Assembly (NCBI RefSeq): GCF_000014265.1
Contig: NC_008312.1
Span: 5,730,001 to 5,762,000, forward strand
Origin: Trichodesmium erythraeum IMS101
GTDB taxonomy: Bacteria; Cyanobacteriota; Cyanobacteriia; Cyanobacteriales; Microcoleaceae
Reading direction: 5' to 3'
Length of the DNA: 32,000 nt
Below are positions 1 to 9,662 of this stretch, one piece after another (the stretch's first letter is position 1; each line of letters starts with the position of its first letter). The position numbers were made by a program, and so were the translations under genes. The notes under the pieces were generated by a model that was not told the DNA's origin, made no database searches, and saw nothing but the letters and a program-made list of their open reading frames with translations.

Positions 1-127
1 ATACAGAAAATTAATATTTCCAGATTAGATATATCAAGGTCTTTAATCTCAGTGGACTCAATGAATAAATAATCCCAGTCAATTAATAAATAATCTAAAG
101 TTTCAGCAAAATCTCTGGGCTCCGCCT

Positions 128-1453
128 TTAGGCCGCAGAGCTTATCAAACAACCATACAAATCGTAAATATCAGCATCTGTAATCATCACTGGAACAATA
201 CATCCTAACCTAGCTTCCCCTTTCACATAAATAAGTCCATCAACTTCTGGAGAAAACCGTGGGGATCGACCAATTAACTCTCCTGTTTGAGGATTTTCTT
301 GTTCAATCAATACATCAACTAATTGCCCCACTAATTTTTGATTCTGTTGCCAAGATATGGACTGCTGAACTTCCATAATTTCTTGACGACGAGCGTCCAT
401 AACTTCTTGGGGCAACTGATTGGGCAAATTATAAGCAGGAGTTCCCTCTTCTGGAGAAAAAGTAAAGACTCCGACATGATCAAACTCATGACGCTTGACA
501 AATTCCACTAAGTGTGAGTGATGTTCTTCAGTTTCACCAGGAAAACCTACTATAAAACTTGTCCGTAATACAGCATTAGGCATAGCTGTTTTTATTCTTT
601 TAATTATATCATCATTAACCTGACCTTGCCAAGGTCTATTCATAGCCCTGAGAATTTCGGGATGAGAATGTTGTAGAGGTAAATCAAGATAAGGTAAAAT
701 ATTGGGAGTATCTTGGATGGCAGTTATAACCTTGGGTGTCAAACCAGTGGGATAAGCATAGTGCATTCTAATCCAGGGTATATCAACTTTTCCGAGGGCC
801 TCAAGCAGATCTGCCAATTTAGGTTGACCGTAAATATCAATTCCATAATTAGTTGTTATTTGGGAAATGAGGATGATTTCTTTCACACCCTGGTCCGCTA
901 GTTTTTGAGCTTCGACGACAATAGATTCTATGGTGCGTGATCGTGCTTTCCCCCGGAGATGAGGAATAATACAGAAAGCGCAACGATAATCACATCCTTC
1001 GGCGATCCGCACATAAGCAACACCTTCAGATGTTGTGCGGTACCGGGGGGTAGTTTCGTCAGCGATGTAAGTAGGTTCTGCAGTAACTTCTTTGACACGA
1101 TCCCCTTTTTCTACCCGTTGCATCACATCTACTATTTTATGATAATCACCAGTCCCCACCAGTGCTATTGCTTCTGGCAACTCAGCTAGTAATTCTTCAG
1201 GGAAGTGTTGTGCCATACAACCTGCGATGACTATTTTTTTATTAGCTTCAGCTAATTCTACTAAAGTTTTGACAGACTCTTCTCTAGCAGCTTGGATAAA
1301 ACTACAAGTATTGACAACAACATAATCTGCTAATTCTTCGTTAGCATCTACTTCATAACCTGCCTGTACAAGTAAACCAATGATATGTTCAGTATCAATG
1401 CGGTTTTTTTCGCATCCCAGGTGAGTAAATGCAATAGTAGGTTTTGTCGACAT
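128..1453 (-). CDS. rimO: Ribosomal protein S12 methylthiotransferase RimO (radical-SAM MiaB/RimO family)
   Basis: 441-aa ORF. N-terminal cysteine region (LGCEKN..NTCSF..GCMAQ), radical-SAM box [13 protein letters not shown] and a C-terminal TRAM-like domain. The LGCEKNRID start and ~440-aa length fit RimO rather than MiaB. Confidence 0.85.
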   Translation of the reverse strand: MSTKPTIAFTHLGCEKNRIDTEHIIGLLVQAGYEVDANEELADYVVVNTCSFIQAAREESVKTLVELAEANKKIVIAGCMAQHFPEELLAELPEAIALVGTGDYHKIVDVMQRVEKGDRVKEVTAEPTYIADETTPRYRTTSEGVAYVRIAEGCDYRCAFCIIPHLRGKARSRTIESIVVEAQKLADQGVKEIILISQITTNYGIDIYGQPKLADLLEALGKVDIPWIRMHYAYPTGLTPKVITAIQDTPNILPYLDLPLQHSHPEILRAMNRPWQGQVNDDIIKRIKTAMPNAVLRTSFIVGFPGETEEHHSHLVEFVKRHEFDHVGVFTFSPEEGTPAYNLPNQLPQEVMDARRQEIMEVQQSISWQQNQKLVGQLVDVLIEQENPQTGELIGRSPRFSPEVDGLIYVKGEARLGCIVPVMITDADIYDLYGCLISSAA

Positions 1454-2788
1454 TTCCGTTATATATCTCTATTAGCAACAGTTTTTTAATATAGCACATT
1501 TATCACATCAAAGTACTGAATTTTATCCTGAAGTAAAGCATTCAATTAAGTTAATTTACTTTGACTAAATTTTCCCAAAACAGTAATTTTAAATTTTGGT
1601 AATTGTCTTTTTTTGAAAATTTTATCTATTTCAAGTGTTAATGTATTGGGGAGTAAATTTTATTGCAACTATTTGATAGTTTTGATATCAGATAAGCACC
1701 ATTATACTTATTATTTACCTACTCTATTTTGACGTGAAATATATAGTATAAGAGGTTTAGTCTCAAATATAGGTGTAATTAATTTTGTATACCTGCTTAT
1801 TATCTAGGATAACTTCAACAAAATCAAGCCATAGATAGGTAAAATCTTTGATATCAAAAAGGAATAAATTCAAGGATATTAGCAGTTATAAGCATTTTTA
1901 GGGATTGAGGTAATTTTTATGTTCTTGAGTGACTTTGGCTGTTTTTTGTTTAGCTATAAAATCTTTAATTACTACTAGTTAATGTCTATATTTTTAATTT
2001 TTTTTTACTTCTAATTAACCATGTTTTTTTATATAAAAATTTATTTTTTTTATTAATTATTAGATAAAAATGAATTATTTTTTTTCATTTGTAACGTAAA
2101 AAAAGTATTATTTATTAGATAAAAAAATGCTGGGATTAATAAATATAAAATTTAGCTATAGATTGTTTAAGATTGCTTATAAAGATTGTATTTATGGATA
2201 AATAAATATAGCTTTTAAAATTTGTAATATTTTAGTTTTAAAACCTAAACTTTAACCACAATTTATAGATATTTTTATCCTGTATATTCATATATCTATA
2301 AGCTACATACATTTCATAACCCAAGCTAATTAATAACAATTTTTCAAGCAGTATAAAGAGATAAAATTAATCTCAAAATAGTCTCTAATTTTTTCTAAAG
2401 CTTTTGCTTATATAGAATTCTACAAAGACTTACAATAGCATATATATCTGACAATTATCAAAAATATTTAGTCAAAAGACGAAATGACTTCGACAATTTT
2501 TGGAGAGGTCAAATGCATAATTTTCTTGAATTGGTATAATAGCGTTTCACTATTTCAGGAGAGCAAAATTCAATGGAATATAAAGAACTTAAAAAAATAC
2601 ATTACGGTTTATATAGCTTCTCATAAAATCTTGCTATAAATGTTATAAACAAGGTCAAGAATCTTCAAGTTTTAACCACTACTAAAATTTGGTTTAATTG
2701 GGAGATTCTATCAACCCCAATCATTATATTGTCAGGTTAGTTCAATAAAAACAATAATACTAATCTATTTTGGAGTTATATTTTAGAT

Positions 2789-3697
2789 ATGAGTACAGAA
2801 AAACAAATAGATGACCAAACAGATGACCAACAAGTTTTAGGCCCTATAATTTTAACACTGTTTATGGGCTTGATGATCATTTGTGCCTGGGCTTTTGCTC
2901 GTCCTAACGCTTTTAAACGTCCCGATATTGATGTTCAATTAACTGAAAATATAGATTCGGAAAATGTAAATTCTCAAACAGAAGAAAATCAAGTAACAGA
3001 AACCTTAGAAACTGAAACAACTAAAACTACAACCATAGAAACAAAAGACGCCGAAACAACAACAACTGCTAAAATTATATATAAACCCTCAAAGGTAAAC
3101 ATAGAAACAACAACCTCTACAAAAAACCCTGCTACTGATAGGACAGAAACAACAACTTCTGCCCAACAACCTACTGCTAATACGAATAGGATAGAGACAA
3201 GAACTTCTAGGGATACCGAACAACCTACCACTGATAAGATAGAAACTACTACTAACACTATAGAATCAACTGCTGCATCACAAGCAAAACCTGAAACAGT
3301 CAGCGGTCAAACAGATATAGTGGCAACATCTGACTCACAAGAAAAATATTTAACTGAAGCAAAAACTTTAGGTCAAATTAAATTTGAGATCAATGAAGTT
3401 GAATTATCTTCCCCAGCAAAGCAAACTGTAAATAGTCTCATTCCAGAAATTAATAAATACGATCCTAATAGAGTTACCATTAAAGTTGAAGGTCATACAT
3501 CTAGGGTTGGTGATGCTCAGTTAAATAAAGAAATTTCTCAAGACCGAGCAAATGTCGTAGTCGCATATTTAAAAGAGAAGAATTTACCACATCAGGTTAT
3601 TAGCGAAGGAATGGGTTATTCTCAACCATTGCCTAATAGTAATCCTGCTAGCGATATAAATCAACGCACAGTAATTATTTTAATACCTGCTAATTAA
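2789..3697 (+). CDS. Membrane-anchored Thr/Glu-rich protein with C-terminal OmpA/MotB-like peptidoglycan-binding domain
   Basis: 302-aa ORF. N-terminal hydrophobic helix (ILTLFMGLMIICAWAF), a central low-complexity Thr-rich region, and a C-terminus (VEGHTSRVGDAQLNKEISQDRANVVVAYLKEKN...GMGYSQPL) matching the OmpA_C-like motif pattern. Confidence 0.7.
   Translation: MSTEKQIDDQTDDQQVLGPIILTLFMGLMIICAWAFARPNAFKRPDIDVQLTENIDSENVNSQTEENQVTETLETETTKTTTIETKDAETTTTAKIIYKPSKVNIETTTSTKNPATDRTETTTSAQQPTANTNRIETRTSRDTEQPTTDKIETTTNTIESTAASQAKPETVSGQTDIVATSDSQEKYLTEAKTLGQIKFEINEVELSSPAKQTVNSLIPEINKYDPNRVTIKVEGHTSRVGDAQLNKEISQDRANVVVAYLKEKNLPHQVISEGMGYSQPLPNSNPASDINQRTVIILIPAN
3098..3270 (+). repeat. Degenerate ~16-aa tandem units (x-I/T-E-T-T/R-T-S...P-T-x-D) inside the OmpA-like gene
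   Basis: Protein reads NIETTTSTKNPATD / RTETTTSAQQPTANTN / RIETRTSRDTEQPTTD / KIETTTNTIEST. The DNA shows recurring gaaacaaca/acaacaac strings. The antisense ORF 2989..3258 is an artefact of this repeat. Confidence 0.7.
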
Positions 3698-3995
3698 CTT
3701 GATCCTTTTCTGATCAAATAAATATTAATTCTTGACTAATAAATAAGGTCTCAAACTTCTGCTATTTCAAGAAGATTAAAAAAAATCAGATTTCAAGCCT
3801 GGGGTTTTAATGGTAAGTACTGATAACTGATAATTAATAATTAGAGAAATTAGAGAAATTAGATAACTGAAATAACTCTTATTTTGAAGCTGGCAGATTC
3901 CAATTTTTAGGATTTTTGCCAGTTTTTTTATGTTTAAATTTTATATAATTTAAAGCTGAATACTAGTTGCTAAATAGATAGGTATATTAAATTAA

Positions 3996-4433
3996 ATGAC
4001 TCGCAAAAAACCTTTTTCTCCAGAAGAGTTTAAACTTTTATATTCTCAAGTTCCCAGACTTGTTGTAGAAGTAATTGTGAAAACTGAAATAGGTGTGGCA
4101 TTAACTCTTAGAAAAGATACTGCTTGGAATAATCTTTGGCATATTCCAGGAGGTACGGTTTTTTATCAAGAATATATTGAGGATGCTATTAAGAGAATTG
4201 CTGAAGAAGAGTTGAGTATTACAGTTGTAAAACAAAAGTTATTAGGATATTTAGAATATCCTAGTGAAGTAAAACAAAGGGGTTTTGGTTGGTCGGTAGG
4301 GTTAGTATTTTTATGTACTACTAATTCTCTCCTTCCTTCAGAAAATCAAGAAGGAGAAAAAATTCAACTTTTTGATTATATTCCCGAAAATATTGTTGAA
4401 GAACACAAAAATATATTAAATCAGCTTTTTTAG
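3996..4433 (+). CDS. NUDIX-family hydrolase (degenerate Nudix box)
   Basis: 145-aa ORF. GGTVFYQEYIEDAIKRIAEEELSI fits Gx5Ex7R-x-UxEExxU, with the usual RE replaced by RI. Size and the WHIPGG context resemble small sugar-nucleotide Nudix hydrolases. Confidence 0.6.
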   Translation: MTRKKPFSPEEFKLLYSQVPRLVVEVIVKTEIGVALTLRKDTAWNNLWHIPGGTVFYQEYIEDAIKRIAEEELSITVVKQKLLGYLEYPSEVKQRGFGWSVGLVFLCTTNSLLPSENQEGEKIQLFDYIPENIVEEHKNILNQLF

Positions 4434-4435
4434 TT

Positions 4436-5150
4436 AAGTTGTACAAACTCCCCATCAAATAAAACAAACTTTTAAAATAGTTAGTAATAGTCAAAGGAGC
4501 GGTAATAAGAGCATCTAAATTAGCTAAAGTAAAATTCTAAATTATCAGTAATAGCCTGGTTAATTTTCTTACCTACTTACTCACTCCTATTATCAACTAT
4601 TGGACTATCTTGGTCAAAATTCAAGGAGTTTCTCGGTTCTTGTAAAGCTCGAACGCAAGAAGAAATAAATCAAGTTATGAAAGAGGCGATCGCTTCACTT
4701 TACTGAAGATAATATCTTATGAAAGAAGCGATCGCTTTACTTTACTGACTAGTTGATAAAATATTCAATAAGATAGATCGATATCAAAACAAGTCCTTAA
4801 CCATTGCTGAATTTAACCATAGTTTTAGAAACCTTCCGGGTTATGCTATTGTGCTTCTAATTTTTCGATTACATTTAGTGGAATTTAACTTAGCTTTCCT
4901 CCTAGATTTTTCTTTGGTTGTAGTAAAATATTTAGTCCACCTGTAGGATATTTACCTAACAATTTTTTTACTTTTACTCAATTGGGTTTTAATATTATCC
5001 CAATTTCTTTTACTATTTCTACTGTTTGAGTTTTCAACTAGTAAATAGCTTGAATTCTTTCCTTTTCTTGAGCTGTACTCGAACTTTTTCAAATTTTTTT
5101 GAGAGTTTCTACTGACCCATTGATCTCAATTTTTATTACTCCTGATATGG
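4436..5150 (-). mobile_element. IS630-family element, lineage B, 3'-truncated decayed copy
   Basis: The reverse complement of 4800-5150 aligns base-for-base, with scattered mismatches, to 9663-10010. The decayed minus-strand reading retains IS630-like strings (..EIQQWL..FDIDLSY.., ..NFDQDS..). Many stops. The copy ends abruptly at the NUDIX stop codon. Confidence 0.6.
4675..4748. repeat. 42-bp tandem duplication, each copy carrying a HIP1 site
   Basis: ttatgaaagaggcgatcgcttcactttactga (4675-4706) and ttatgaaagaagcgatcgctttactttactga (4717-4748). Confidence 0.9.
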
Positions 5151-5249
5151 GGATACTTTCTATAATAAATAACTTCTAAAAATGTAGCCGAAGTTTATTA
5201 AATTGGTATTATATGATTTATCTAGATAATTTTATAACTAAGAATTAAA

Positions 5250-5567
5250 ATGACTCAATATTTAAATCATAACTGTTTAAAAGTTAATGAGCCACAAGCA
5301 AATTTATGTACTGTGGTAAAAGATTAGTTTTAATAAAGCGTTATCGTGCTTTAAAAATCATTAGCCAAGGAATTTTTGGCAGGAATTTTAAATGCATAGA
5401 TGAATCTAAATCTTCAAATAATTTTTGTATAATAAAACAATTTTTTCTTCTTTCAAAAGGAAGCAAAGATTTAGAAATAGGTACTAATCTATTTTTTCAA
5501 AAGTATGAATTTTTCTATTATTTTAGTATTGCTTAAATAATCCCTGAAGTTTTAGACTATTTTACTA
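5250..5567 (+). pseudogene. Ser/Thr protein kinase, N-terminal part (Cys-rich leader plus G-loop/VAIK region), decayed
   Basis: MTQYLNHNCLKVNEPQAN, then a frameshift, then YCGKRLVLIKRYRALKIISQGIFGRNFKCIDESKSSNNFCIIKQFF...IPEVLDYFT. This matches the common cyanobacterial kinase start (C.NP.C...N..FC..CG..L.L..RY..IG.GGFGRTF...CVIKQ). The G-loop is degraded (GIFGRNF). There is one frameshift near 5300 and a stop at 5534. Confidence 0.65.
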
Positions 5568-5918
5568 GTAATATAGCAATCCTATTTAAGTTGTGGCAAA
5601 ATTCCATACTGAAAAAGTTTTGGAAAATCAAAGATTTGAACGTCTGCAAAAAAAATTAAATTGCCACTTAACTATTTTAAAAGAACTACAAAGATGATAA
5701 AATTGCCTAATGAAGTTTTTGGTTTGTAACTAAATATCTTCTACAAAGTTTTTTATGGGGCATTCGGAGCAAATTTTAGACAATTTATCAACCATTTTTC
5801 TTCGGGTTTTTCTTAATTAATTAACATCAAATATTCTCGAAAATATTGAGAGTTATAATAACTTGCACCGACCCAAAATATTGCCAATCTTTTTCCCGGT
5901 CTTTGCTCTTTTAAATAT

Positions 5919-7064
5919 TAGACATCTCCAAAAATTAACAAAGCCTTTCCTTGACTTGATCTTAGCCTAGTTGCCATATCAAGCATCTTTGGTCCTAAAA
6001 TACGCAATCATAAATCTTTGAGATATTTTCTCTTACTAATTCAACATTTATTTCCCCCCATTTTCACTTTATTCTCTTAATTTATTATCTTCTTTTTATA
6101 CTAAAATTAATGCTCCTATTCTTCATCTCACTAATCCACATACTACCATTATTACTTTCTCATAACTTTTCTCTTTTAATCTAAATCTTTCTCTCGCAAT
6201 TCCAAATATTTTTAGTAATCTAATTACATGTTCTACGAATATTCTTTTTTGGGCTTTTTGTTGATTTTTCTCTTTTATTTCTTCTGGCATTTCTTTTTTT
6301 CTTGGTTTCTTTTTTGGTTTGCTTGTTCTTTCTGCTCCTTGATCTGCTTTATCCCCTTGAAAATATTGATTATCCTTAAATTTTTCCCGTTGTTTGTTTA
6401 ATAAATTTATATCACTTAATGGTCCCCTTTATCCGATAATTACATCCACTATTTCTGTTCCTTTTGGCGTCGTTATTATTTGATTTTTAAAGGTATGATT
6501 TTTCTTGTTTCCTGAATAATATTTTTCTGGTTTTTCAGATTATTTTGGTCTTTCTCTACTTTGTTCTGAGCTATCTACTATTAATTCTAATTCCATTAAC
6601 GCTTCTTTTACCCATTCTAATTCATCTTCTTTTTTTTGACTTGTTCTAATAAACTAGCTGGTAATAAATCTGGTAAAATATTTATCCAGTAATGGAATAT
6701 ATTATTGGCTGTTGATTCACTAACTCCAAAATTTATTCCTAATAATTGAAAACTTGGTATATGATGTAAATAATATAGCGTTAAAAATATTTCGTCTGTT
6801 TTAGTTAAAGTCTTTTTTCTGCCTCCACCTGGTTTAATTAATCTTATTTCTTTCTCGGCAATTACCTGGAAATTTTCTGATTCTTTGATAATTGCATTTT
6901 CTATTAATTGTGTTAGCTGTTCATAAGTAATCCCTATAATTCTTTTTATTTCTTTCGGATAATTATGAATGTACTCTAAAGTTTTATTCATTGGTATAGC
7001 TACCTAAATAAAATTATAAATGAACATGACAATCTTATCTTATTTTCTATTTTGGAGATGTCTA
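5919..7064 (-). mobile_element. IS5/Harbinger-type (DDE_Tnp_4-like) insertion sequence nested inside IS630-A
   Basis: Perfect 15-bp terminal inverted repeats: tagacatctccaaaa (5919-5933) and ttttggagatgtcta (7050-7064). The element is 1,146 bp. The IS630-A reading frame resumes across the two flanks. Confidence 0.75.
6096..6991 (-). pseudogene. DDE transposase of the nested IS5-type element, disrupted
   Basis: ORF 6617..6991 gives the HTH N-terminus (..GGGRKKTLTKTDEIFLTLYYLHHIPSFQLLGINFGVSESTANN..). After a frameshift in the poly-A run near 6633-6640 the frame continues: ELIVDSSEQSRERPK*SEKPEKYYSGNKKNHTFKNQII..G*RGPLSD..FQGDKADQG..KRIFVEHVIRLLKIFGIARERFR. It contains three in-frame stops. 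Confidence 0.7.
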
Positions 7065-7833
7065 TTTAACAAACTCCATAGTATTTTCAGTCTTTCCACT
7101 TCTTTAATTATTGCACAATAAATTCCTCAGTTTAATAATAATTTGCTCCATAATAAGTTTGTCTTTCTCTTTCATTTTTAATAGGAATTTCTATTTGTTT
7201 ATCTTTTATTCCCCAAGAAGAATTTAGGAGATAAACCCATAATAAATGACATTCGTGAACCATAAATATTACAAACTTTTCAGCTTTTATTTATGATTGC
7301 CATGTGACCAATAGTTTCTCTATTTCTTTTTTTTTGCTTTCACTAATTCATCATTTTTAGCCGGATTTATATGAGTGAGTTTTTTTCCAAGTTATTCCCG
7401 CTTCTTTGAGTAAGTTATAATAACTTTGATTAGACTAAAAAAACACATCATATTGCTTCTTTAAATATTTTTCAAATCTTATAATCTTAAGTAACCTTGT
7501 ATCCTCATCCACTCAATTATTTGCTCTTTTTCGACAACTTTTAAGTAACCTTGTATTCCAATATAATTGAAGCTTTAAACTTTCTACACAATGAAACATT
7601 ACTTGATTTTTCCATTCACTAATAAAACTGCTGAGTTACATTTAATAATTCTTTAATTTCACGGTAGGATTTTCCCGAAAAAATCATTTTGACATGCCTT
7701 GGCTCTTTTTATTTCTTTTGACTATGCATGTTTTATTTATAAAATCGTCTAGTTCATCTAAAATATTCATTTTTTGTCTAGTGAAGTGGATATATTATTA
7801 TTATATCTGTTGCGACCTATGCGCGGATTACTA

Positions 7834-8128
7834 TAGTACACAATATATATTTCAATAATTTATTGAAAGAAAAAGTTTAAAAAATGAAATAGAAAAGTCA
7901 TGTGCTTTTAATCAAAATTAAATATTAGAGTTGTTAATAAATATATTGCCTGTTTTAAAATTTATTTATTACAAATTATTCATAGAGATATTAAGTATAA
8001 AAATATTATAAGGAGAAGTAAAAATAATAAATTGTTATTAGTAGATTTTGGTTATACTAAATATCCTACAACGACCGCCATATCAAAAATAGGAACTGCA
8101 AAATAAAGTAATTATTCAGACTTTTTAT
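7834..8128 (+). pseudogene. Ser/Thr kinase, continuation (catalytic loop and DFG), decayed and C-terminally deleted
   Basis: ..IYIFQ*FIERKSLKNEIEKSCAFNQN*ILELLINILPVLKF.. then, frameshifted, QIIHRDIKYKNIIRRSKNNKLLLVDFGYTKYPTTTAISKIGTAK*. HRD is at 7981-7989 and DFG at 8044-8052. The rest of the C-lobe and the linker are missing. Confidence 0.6.
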
Positions 8129-8735
8129 ATGAGCAAATACCCTGTTACTCAAGAACAATACCAAATCATTATGGGTAAAAATATTTCATATTTTAAAAGA
8201 GAAAACCGCCCTATAGAAAAAGTTAGTTGGAATGATGCTACAGAGTTTTATCAAAAGTTATCTAAGAAAATGGGTGAAAAATACAGTTTACCAAGTGAGA
8301 GTCAGTGAGAATATGCTTGCCATGCAAGAAGAACTACACCATTCTATTTTGGAGAAACTATAACATCTGATTGAGTTAACTACTATGGGCATTATACTTA
8401 TGGCAACAGTTCTAAGGGAGAATTTAGAAGACAAACAACTCCTCGATGTCAATTTCCACCAAATGTTTTTGGTTTATATGATATGCATGGGAATATCTCG
8501 GAATTCTGTACTGATGATTTCCATCACAATTACAATGGTGATCCTAATAGATGAAACTTTTTGGATTATTAGTAATAAAAAAGATAATACTAAAATTTAT
8601 AAAGTAATTTGTGATGGGTCCTGGGACGTTCTTCCTTTGAGGTATCGCTCTGCGAGTCGCAACGTCTATATCTCCGTCGAGGACGACTTCGATATTGGTT
8701 TTCGTCTTGTGAGTGTTCCCCCCCAGGACTCTTGA
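8129..8735 (+). pseudogene. FGE-sulfatase (SUMF1/C-type-lectin-fold) domain, decayed; C-terminal part of the kinase gene
   Basis: MSKYPVTQEQYQIIMGKN..RPIEKVSWNDATEFYQKLS..YSLPSESQ*EYACHA..TPFYFGETITSD*VNYYG..FPPNVFGLYDMHGNISEFCTDDFHHNYNG, then a frameshift near 8545, then ..KVICDGSWDVLPLRYRSASRNVYISVEDDFDIGFRLVSVPP. In-frame TGA at 8306-8308 (conserved Trp position) and at 8372-8374. Confidence 0.75.
8616..8735 (+). other. Candidate DGR variable repeat (VR)-like segment
   Basis: By hand count: ~54% GC and ~14% A over 8616-8730, inside a window that is roughly one-third GC. A run of 11 consecutive codons (aac gtc tat atc tcc gtc gag gac gac ttc gat) has the form NN[C/T/G], as expected for diversified AAY codons. 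It sits in the GSW...RSA.R...IGFR scaffold used by FGE-type DGR targets. Confidence 0.45.
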
Positions 8736-8863
8736 ATAGCCCTCTTGCCCTCTTGCTCTTTTGCCCTATTTAGTCTCACCTAAGGCGAGTCGAAAATTTT
8801 TCCATAGAGCCGTATTGCTTATGTAGTATATGCTTGTTTTAGAGCAATTAGTGACTGTTAAAT

Positions 8864-9661
8864 TTAGTGCTTTTCTTCATAGTACTTAGTTATTTGTTTT
8901 TGAAGTTTAGCAAGTTTATTGCTTTCAAAAGTGATGTTTTTTCCAGACAAAATAATATCAACAGTCTTAGACTTTGACTGAAGCAAAGCATCAACTACTT
9001 TGTCTATTTATCCTAGCTGAGGCTAGTAAATATTAGCAGTTTTTGTCTGACCAATAAAGCATCAACTACTTTGTCTATTTATCCTAGCTAAAGCTAGTAA
9101 ATATTAGCAGTTTTTGTCTGACCAATTCGGTGAATTATGTCTTCTGCTTGTTCAGTGTCTCCAGAAGTCCAAGGCATGTCAAGAACAATTAAATTGCTAA
9201 AATTAGTTAAAGTTAGCCCAACACCACCAGCTTTCGTACTTCCTATGAATACCTCATACTTGCTTTTTTGAAAATCTTGAATATCTTGTGTAGGAATTAA
9301 TATAGAAGAAGCACCTGTTAATTTTCTACAAGAAATATTTGCTTTCCTCAGTTTAGAATAAACGTCATTTATACTAGATAAAAATTCGCAAAAAACGACT
9401 ACTTTGTGACATTCTGAAACTAAATATTCTACAGCTTCTAAGCACTAATCAACTTTAAGCTCAGAGTTACACTGTCTAAGAATATTAGTTTTAACTAAAG
9501 CTTAAGTACCTACCTTGATTTAATTAAAACTTACATTTTTTTGATGTAAACTCCAGATAAAAAAGTATTTAGAAAAATATTTTTTTTCACATAAAAGTTG
9601 TAGTAATAACAATTTAATAAACTTCAGCTAAACTTTTAAAATTTATTTGAGGTAGAAAACA
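8864..9661 (-). pseudogene. SNF2-family helicase, C-terminal (helicase-C) fragment, decayed
   Basis: The minus strand reads ..ALVKTNILRQCNSELK..KVVVFCEFLSSINDVYSKLRKANISCRKLTGAS..IQDFQKSKYEVFIGSTKAGGVGLTLTNFSNLIVLDMPWTSGDTEQAEDIIHRIGQTKTANIY*..IDKVVDALLQSKSKTVDIILSGK..EEKH*. It has stops plus an internal 71-bp duplication. The upstream part is cut off by IS630-B at 9662. Confidence 0.65.
8985..9126. repeat. 71-bp tandem duplication inside the helicase pseudogene
   Basis: 8985-9055 and 9056-9126 are identical except for gctgaggctag versus gctaaagctag. Confidence 0.95.
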
Positions 9662-9662
9662 A

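Larger units (their letters stand above)
5568..7831 (-). mobile_element. IS630-family element, lineage A, inserted at a TA in the kinase gene and itself split by another IS
   Basis: Flanked by TA (5566-5567 and 7832-7833). Both termini begin GTAAT. The decayed minus-strand transposase reads MNILDELDDFINKT.. (ATG at 7770-7768), ..NPAKNDELVKAKKK.., ..NERERQTYYG.., ..ENTMEFVK. After the nested insertion it continues YLKEQRPGKKIGNILG...FVEDI*LQTKNFIRQFYHLCSSF. Length without the nested element is ~1.12 kb. Confidence 0.65.

Noticed and set aside
1-127. Open minus-strand frame running off the left edge (..AEPRDFAETLDYLLIDWDYLFIESTEIKDLDISNLEILIFC)
   Set aside because: Only ~42 codons are visible, there is no in-window start codon and I recognise no family. 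It may be the start region of a neighbouring gene but is not callable.
713-1189. Track ORFs 713..901 (+) and 959..1189 (+)
   Set aside because: They lie antisense within the well-supported rimO gene and have no recognisable motifs. They are typical shadow ORFs.
2532-2540. Extended -10-like tggtataat upstream of the OmpA-like gene
   Set aside because: TATAAT-like strings are expected by chance in DNA this AT-rich. There is no convincing -35 element and no transcript data.
2989-3258. Track ORF 2989..3258 (-), Val-rich
   Set aside because: It is the antisense reading of the Thr-codon repeat (ACN gives NGT, Val-rich) in the OmpA-like gene, and is an artefact of the repeat.
8807-8815. gagccgtat, resembling the start of group II intron domain V
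   Set aside because: There is no complementary gtacggttc arm or GNRA loop downstream, so the 34-nt domain V helix cannot form.
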